The position numbers and the translations under genes are program-made. Shown here piece by piece: positions 26,373-31,322 of a stretch of DNA of 31,322 nt. Each line of letters opens with the position of its first letter. Positions within the stretch are counted from its first letter, which is position 1. The notes below the pieces were generated by a model. That model worked only from the letters and a program-made list of their open reading frames with translations. It was not told the origin of the DNA and made no database searches. Source of the stretch: a bacterium (GTDB taxonomy: Bacteria > Cyanobacteriota > Vampirovibrionia > Gastranaerophilales > Gastranaerophilaceae); NCBI GenBank assembly GCA_017477685.1, contig JAFUUT010000207.1, positions 1-31,322 on the forward strand, written 5' to 3'.

Positions 26373-28952
26373 ATGACTACTCAACAGAACATGTTTGGCG
26401 ACGGAAAAATTGTTCCGGTTAATATAAGAGAGGAAATGAAACGCTCATATATCGATTATGCGATGAGTGTAATTGTGGGACGTGCATTGCCTGATGTAAG
26501 AGACGGTTTAAAACCGGTTCACAGACGTATTTTATATTCTATGAACGAACTTGGTATGTATCCGGATAAACCGTTTAGAAAATGTGCAAGAATTGTCGGT
26601 GAAGTTCTTGGTAAATATCATCCGCATGGTGATAGTTCTGTATACGAAGCTTTGGTTCGTATGGCTCAAGACTTTTCTACAAGATATTTAATGGTTGACG
26701 GGCATGGAAACTTTGGTTCTGTTGATGGTGACGGTGCAGCCGCAATGAGGTACACTGAGGCTCGTATGCATAAAATTACTCAATCTATGCTTGCCGATAT
26801 AGATTGTGAAACCGTTGAATTCCAACCAAACTTTGACGGTTCGCTGCAAGAACCAACAGTTTTGCCGGTTAGATTACCAATGCTATTATTAAATGGTGTT
26901 TCCGGTATTGCCGTTGGTATGGCTACAAATATTCCTCCGCACAATCTTTGTGAAGTGGTAGATGGAACTATTGCATTGATTGATAATCCAAATATTACAA
27001 TCCCTGAACTTATGGGTTATATTAAAGGTCCTGATTTTCCTACCGCAGCTACAATTGTCGGTACAAGTGATATTAAACAAGCCTATGAAACAGGCAGAGG
27101 ATCTATTACGATGTCTGCTGTTTCAGGATTTGAAGAAATATCAGGCGGTGCAGGACGTCAATCCAGAACAGCAATTGTTGTTACCGAAATTCCATATCAG
27201 GTTAATAAAGCATTACTTATTGAAAAAATTGCCGATCTTGTTAAAGATGAAAAAATCAAAGGCATTTCTGATATTCGTGATGAGTCCGACCGTGAGGGTA
27301 TGAGAATTGTTATTGAATTGAAACGTGATGCTAAACCTGATGTTGTAAGAAATAATTTGTATAAGTTTACTCAACTTGAAACAACATTCGGTGTTAATAT
27401 GGTTGCTTTGTGCGGTCAACAGCCTCGTTTAATGAACTTGTACGAAGTTTTGAACGAATTTGTTGAACACAGAATTGAAATCGTAACAAGAAGAACAATA
27501 TTCTTCTTGAAGAAAGCAAAAGTCAGAGCTCATATTTTAGCAGGTTTAATTATTGCTTTGGGTTCAATTGATGAAGTAATCGAACTTATTAAAAAATCTA
27601 AAACGACAGATACTGCTCGTGAAGGTTTAATGAGCCGCTTTGGGCTTGATGCTGACCAAGCGAATGCAATTTTAGAAATGCAATTACGTCGTTTGACAGG
27701 TTTGGAACAAGACAAAGTTAAAGCTGAATATGATGAGTTATTAAAGAAAATTGATGAATATGAATCAATTCTGGCAAGCCGTCAAAAGATTTTGGATATA
27801 ATTAAAACAGAACTTCTTGAAGATAAGGAAAAATATGGTGATGAGAGAAAAACTCAAATTGTTCCTGAACGCGGAGAAGTTACGATTGAGGATTTGACTC
27901 CAAATACTCCAATGGCTGTATTTATTACTCATCAAGGATATTTGAAACGAATTCCTCTGGATACATTTGAACGCCAAAACCGTGCAACTCGCGGCAAATC
28001 AGGTATCAAAACAAAAGAGGACGATGATATTCAGCATTTCTTTACTGCGATGATGCATGACAAAGTATTGTTCTTCTCATCAAAAGGTACTGTTTATAGC
28101 TTGAATGTGTATGATTTCCCTGAAGGCGGAAGACAATCAAAAGGTTTACCGATAATAAATGTATTGCCGATAGATCAGGATGAAAAGATTACTGCGGTTG
28201 TACCTGTAAGCAATTTCTCACACGAGTTGAATTTGATTATGCTTACTAAAAAGGGAAATATTAAACGTATTGAGTTAGACAATTTCTCTAATATCAGACG
28301 AAACGGTATTATAGCAATCGGTCTTGACGAGGGCGACAGTTTGAATTGGGTAAAACTTGCCAAATCTATGGACGAAATTATTATCGGAACATCCTGCGGT
28401 ATGGCAATCAGATTCCCGATTAAAGACTTAAGACCGCTCGGACGAAGTGCAAAAGGTGTAATTTCCATGAAATTACGTTCCGGTGATGAAATTGTCGGAT
28501 GTGATATTATACCTCGTGATTATGATGCAGATTTGCTAGTTGTAACATCTGACGGATTTGGAAAGCGTACAAAACTTTCTGAATTCCGTGCTCAAAACAG
28601 AGGCGGTATCGGTTTAATTGCAACCAAGTTCAAGACTTCAGCATCCCGCCTTGTTGCATTAACTATTGTTGAAGATAGTGACGATATTATGCTTGTTACG
28701 GCAAATGGTGTTGTAACTCGTATAAATGCCGGTTCAATTTCACAACAAGGACGTCCTGCAACGGGTGTAAGAGCCCAAAACTTGAATGAGGGTGATAGTG
28801 TTGTTTCGGTTAACAAAATCTTGAATCCTGATGAGGATGATGTTACTATAAAATCTTCCGTATCAGCAGAAATTGGTGCACCGGAGCCTGAAACACAGCA
28901 AACAAGTTTACTTGATGATTCTTTAGAAGAAAATACCTCAAGTGAAGAATAA
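26373..28952 (+). CDS. gyrA: DNA gyrase subunit A
   Basis: [33 protein letters not shown], GyrA-box variant [10 protein letters not shown] and acidic tail. Extended -10 TG-C-TATACT lies upstream. Confidence 0.98.
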   Translation: MTTQQNMFGDGKIVPVNIREEMKRSYIDYAMSVIVGRALPDVRDGLKPVHRRILYSMNELGMYPDKPFRKCARIVGEVLGKYHPHGDSSVYEALVRMAQDFSTRYLMVDGHGNFGSVDGDGAAAMRYTEARMHKITQSMLADIDCETVEFQPNFDGSLQEPTVLPVRLPMLLLNGVSGIAVGMATNIPPHNLCEVVDGTIALIDNPNITIPELMGYIKGPDFPTAATIVGTSDIKQAYETGRGSITMSAVSGFEEISGGAGRQSRTAIVVTEIPYQVNKALLIEKIADLVKDEKIKGISDIRDESDREGMRIVIELKRDAKPDVVRNNLYKFTQLETTFGVNMVALCGQQPRLMNLYEVLNEFVEHRIEIVTRRTIFFLKKAKVRAHILAGLIIALGSIDEVIELIKKSKTTDTAREGLMSRFGLDADQANAILEMQLRRLTGLEQDKVKAEYDELLKKIDEYESILASRQKILDIIKTELLEDKEKYGDERKTQIVPERGEVTIEDLTPNTPMAVFITHQGYLKRIPLDTFERQNRATRGKSGIKTKEDDDIQHFFTAMMHDKVLFFSSKGTVYSLNVYDFPEGGRQSKGLPIINVLPIDQDEKITAVVPVSNFSHELNLIMLTKKGNIKRIELDNFSNIRRNGIIAIGLDEGDSLNWVKLAKSMDEIIIGTSCGMAIRFPIKDLRPLGRSAKGVISMKLRSGDEIVGCDIIPRDYDADLLVVTSDGFGKRTKLSEFRAQNRGGIGLIATKFKTSASRLVALTIVEDSDDIMLVTANGVVTRINAGSISQQGRPATGVRAQNLNEGDSVVSVNKILNPDEDDVTIKSSVSAEIGAPEPETQQTSLLDDSLEENTSSEE

Positions 28953-28974
28953 TTATAAGAAGGAGAAAAATAAA

Positions 28975-29211
28975 ATGGCAGATGCAAAAATTTTAGCAAC
29001 GATTGAGCGTTCTGAAACAGAACAGCTACAAATTTCACTTAGTGAATATAAAGGTACAAGTTATCTTAATATGAGAATATTTTTCACAAATGATGGCGGA
29101 GCAACATGGATTCCGACTAAAAAAGGCGTAACATTCACTGCCGATCAATTGGATATTCTGACAGAAGCAATTGAAGAAGCAAAGCAAGAATTTATGGCTG
29201 AAGCTGAATAA
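28975..29211 (+). CDS. PC4/YdbC-like ssDNA-binding protein
   Basis: ISLSEYKG..YLNMRIFF......W.PTKKGVTF signature. ATG 28975 after AAGGAG. Confidence 0.85.
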   Translation: MADAKILATIERSETEQLQISLSEYKGTSYLNMRIFFTNDGGATWIPTKKGVTFTADQLDILTEAIEEAKQEFMAEAE

Positions 29212-29227
29212 GTAAATTTTGTCAAAT

Positions 29228-29259
29228 AAAAAAGACCGACTGAAATGTCGGTCTTTTTT
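29228..29259. terminator. Bidirectional intrinsic terminator
   Basis: AAAAAA-GACCGAC-TGAAAT-GTCGGTC-TTTTTT between convergent genes. Confidence 0.9.
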
Positions 29260-29274
29260 ATTTGATTAGATGTG

Positions 29275-29751
29275 TTATCTATTGTGCGAATGGTGTTGAT
29301 GATTGTGATGATGAGAATTATCTCTGTCACGCGGTGGCGGAGGCGGTCTTCTGTCCCTGTCATTCCTGTAATCATCGCCATCGTCACTTAGTAATGTAAA
29401 TGCTGCCGCTCCCAGTACCAATGCTCCGATACCAAGCCCTGTAAGGATAGGGTGTCTGTCAGAGAAAGAGGCTTTTTGCGGCTTATACTCTGTATTATTG
29501 CTTGTTGTCTGAGTATTATATGTGTATTCTTGTTCTCTTGGAATAATATTTGTTGTTACAGTTCCATAATACGCATCATCAGATGAATACGCTTGATATG
29601 GTCTGTTTGACTCAACAGGTTGAGCGTATGTATTGTTGTAATACGTCGAATTGTTACTGCCGGGGGCAGTAAATACCCAGTTTTCCGCACTGAATGCCAA
29701 ATTTGATGCCGACATTAATAGCACCAAAAATATGGCAAGTATTCTCTTCAT
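29275..29751 (-). CDS. Exported/membrane hypothetical protein with Pro- and His-rich tail
   Basis: Signal peptide MKRILAIFLVLLMSASNLAFS, hydrophobic segment ILTGLGIGALVLGAAAFTL, tail RRPPPPPR...HHHNHQHHSH. GGAGG RBS. Confidence 0.8.
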   Translation of the reverse strand: MKRILAIFLVLLMSASNLAFSAENWVFTAPGSNNSTYYNNTYAQPVESNRPYQAYSSDDAYYGTVTTNIIPREQEYTYNTQTTSNNTEYKPQKASFSDRHPILTGLGIGALVLGAAAFTLLSDDGDDYRNDRDRRPPPPPRDRDNSHHHNHQHHSHNR

Positions 29752-29835
29752 TCTTCACCTCCGTGTTTATATATTTTTTAGCTGATACTTATATAAAAAA
29801 TTTTTAAGAGGTGAATTTCAGAAATTTTATTTATA

Positions 29836-29853
29836 GTTACAAAACTTTACATT
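29836..29853 (+). promoter_or_regulatory. HLR1-type (RpaB/OmpR family) direct repeat
   Basis: GTTACAAA-AC-TTTACATT matches (G/T)TTACA(T/A)(T/A)-N2-(G/T)TTACA(T/A)(T/A) at all positions. Confidence 0.6.
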
Positions 29854-29862
29854 TTTGAATGT

Positions 29863-30906
29863 TTATATGTCGTAAAAATTTTGTACAAATTTTGATCTGA
29901 GTAAAACTTGCATTCTATGTGTTGAAGGGAAGTATAAATACAATCTTTCGCTATTTTTATCATAATAGCTGTATGCTGTTTTTACTTTGTTGTTATCAAA
30001 ACCTTTTTGCGGAGTAGAAAGGTATTTTATTGTTTTTATTTCTTTTGAATCAATGTCATGACCTGCAAATTCTTCCAGTCTTTCTTTAAAAGGAGCATAT
30101 ATGTCTTCTGTTCCCTCAGTTTCATCTAATTGAGAAGTTTTGCTTTTTGCAGGGTTTCCATTTAGTACGAGTGTTTCGTCTTTTTTAATATCAGGTGTTC
30201 TTTCTAATATATACGGGACGAAGACTTCTATATTGTCATTTCTGATAAATTCCCCATGAAGTGTATCTTTTAGATTTTGAATCATTGAGCCCAGAGATTT
30301 TTCGTTTTCATAATCTTCTAAACTTCTGCAAGCTTCTTCTCTATTTTGTGCATATATTGAGAATTTACATGGTTTACCTTCTACTTCTAAATATACAGCA
30401 GCTCTTTGTGTTGTCGGGTCTTTTTCAAAGTGAACTATATTTATATCTTTTGCAAGGGCATTTCTATATATTTCAAGCTGTGCTTTGTGGTCATTATTTC
30501 TGTATAAACCGAGCTTGTCAGCGATATCCATCAATTCAAAAGGTATTTCTTCATTGTATGAATTTAATATACTGTCAGCCAGCCAAAACTTGATTTTTTC
30601 TTCTTTATTATCTCCTGCTTGGAAACATTCTATAGGGATTTTAATTTCTCCAAAATCTCCGTTATTGTTTTCCAGTGCAACAATGTTTTCAATGGTGTCT
30701 ATTTTTGCAATATTACAAGCTTCCATAATCTTGTCCATGTCTTCATCGTTTAGTATTGGTTCTGCAAAATCATCATTATTGCCGTGGAGTTCAAAAATAT
30801 CCTGCTCTAAATCGTTCCCTTTGAATGCAATATGTTTATTTTGATTTAAGAGATTTGTTTGGTAATTGTAATTACTTGTAATTTGATAATTTGATAATAT
30901 TTTCAT
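29863..30906 (-). CDS. Hypothetical protein (347 aa), paralogue of the truncated gene upstream
   Basis: Long ORF with AAGGA RBS. N/Q-rich N-terminus ending IAFKG; C-terminus aligns with the 31081-31320 frame. Confidence 0.82.
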   Translation of the reverse strand: MKILSNYQITSNYNYQTNLLNQNKHIAFKGNDLEQDIFELHGNNDDFAEPILNDEDMDKIMEACNIAKIDTIENIVALENNNGDFGEIKIPIECFQAGDNKEEKIKFWLADSILNSYNEEIPFELMDIADKLGLYRNNDHKAQLEIYRNALAKDINIVHFEKDPTTQRAAVYLEVEGKPCKFSIYAQNREEACRSLEDYENEKSLGSMIQNLKDTLHGEFIRNDNIEVFVPYILERTPDIKKDETLVLNGNPAKSKTSQLDETEGTEDIYAPFKERLEEFAGHDIDSKEIKTIKYLSTPQKGFDNNKVKTAYSYYDKNSERLYLYFPSTHRMQVLLRSKFVQNFYDI

Positions 30907-31012
30907 AAAAATAGTCCTTATTTTTTTAATACTCTTTTATATGTAAACCCGCTGAAGAAAAAATTTTCCATTTTTGACAAATAAGTTTTACAATTCTTAA
31001 CCTGTAAATGCT

Positions 31013-31057
31013 AAAAAAAAATTGATGCTTAAAAATATGAAGTTTGAGCATCAATTT
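31013..31057 (-). terminator. Intrinsic terminator of the truncated minus-strand gene
   Basis: AAATTGATGCT/AGCATCAATTT stem with A8 at 31013-31020, which is a U-tract on the minus strand. Confidence 0.75.
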
Positions 31058-31080
31058 AATGGTAATAATTTTGTTTATAT

Positions 31081-31320
31081 TTAGTATATATCGTCTTTTA
31101 TTTTCGGTATATCTATATTTTTAGTTTGTCCGTTACTGTATAAAAGTTGTATTCTTTTTTCTGACGGGATGTATAAATATGTTTTAGCTTGTTCGCTGTC
31201 GTAATATCCGTACGCTGAGTGCAAGATATTATTATCATACCCTTCATACGGTTTTTCTATATAGTAGATTAATTTTATTTCTTCAGGGTTGTGATTTTTA
31301 GGTAATAATTTTTCAAATAT
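31081..31320 (-). CDS. C-terminal part of a hypothetical protein (5'-truncated, not in the ORF track)
   Basis: Manual translation: IFEKLLPKNHNPEEIKLIYYIEKPYEGYDNNILHSAYGYYDSEQAKTYLYIPSEKRIQLLYSNGQTKNIDIPKIKDDIY*. Homologous to the C-terminus of 29863..30906. Confidence 0.85.
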   Translation of the reverse strand: MFEKLLPKNHNPEEIKLIYYIEKPYEGYDNNILHSAYGYYDSEQAKTYLYIPSEKRIQLLYSNGQTKNIDIPKIKDDIY

Positions 31321-31322
31321 TC

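Overview
AT-rich bacterial chromosomal window, mostly housekeeping genes: a partial phosphohexomutase; an S10-spc ribosomal protein operon from rpsJ to rpsN, where it terminates; prfA; ylxR-infB; a stand-alone atpD-atpC pair; lgt; ruvX; tilS-hpt; nagZ; gyrA; and a PC4-like gene. The split atpD-atpC, the QNRATRGK-type GyrA box, the absence of photosynthesis genes and several lineage-specific low-complexity proteins suggest a non-photosynthetic cyanobacterial relative (Melainabacteria/Gastranaerophilales-like); this is inference. No tRNA, rRNA, cas, transposase, integrase or reverse transcriptase genes were seen. The most notable observations follow. (1) Seven expanded, hairpin-packed spacers (1018 nt in total) lie inside the r-protein operon, and two share a 28-nt motif. 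(2) One operon carries two motor-less Clp recognition modules, a stand-alone ClpX Zn-binding domain and a triple Clp-N domain protein, a candidate decoy/adaptor system. (3) A five-unit ~53-bp repeat array follows prfA, next to a divergent two-gene cassette (RHH regulator plus orphan) with dense operator repeats. (4) A 546-bp non-coding, highly structured MITE-like element lies between lgt and atpD. (5) A perfect cyanobacterial HLR1 (RpaB-type) box is present. (6) Tandem paralogues share an unrecognised C-terminal domain; one of them is missing from the ORF track.
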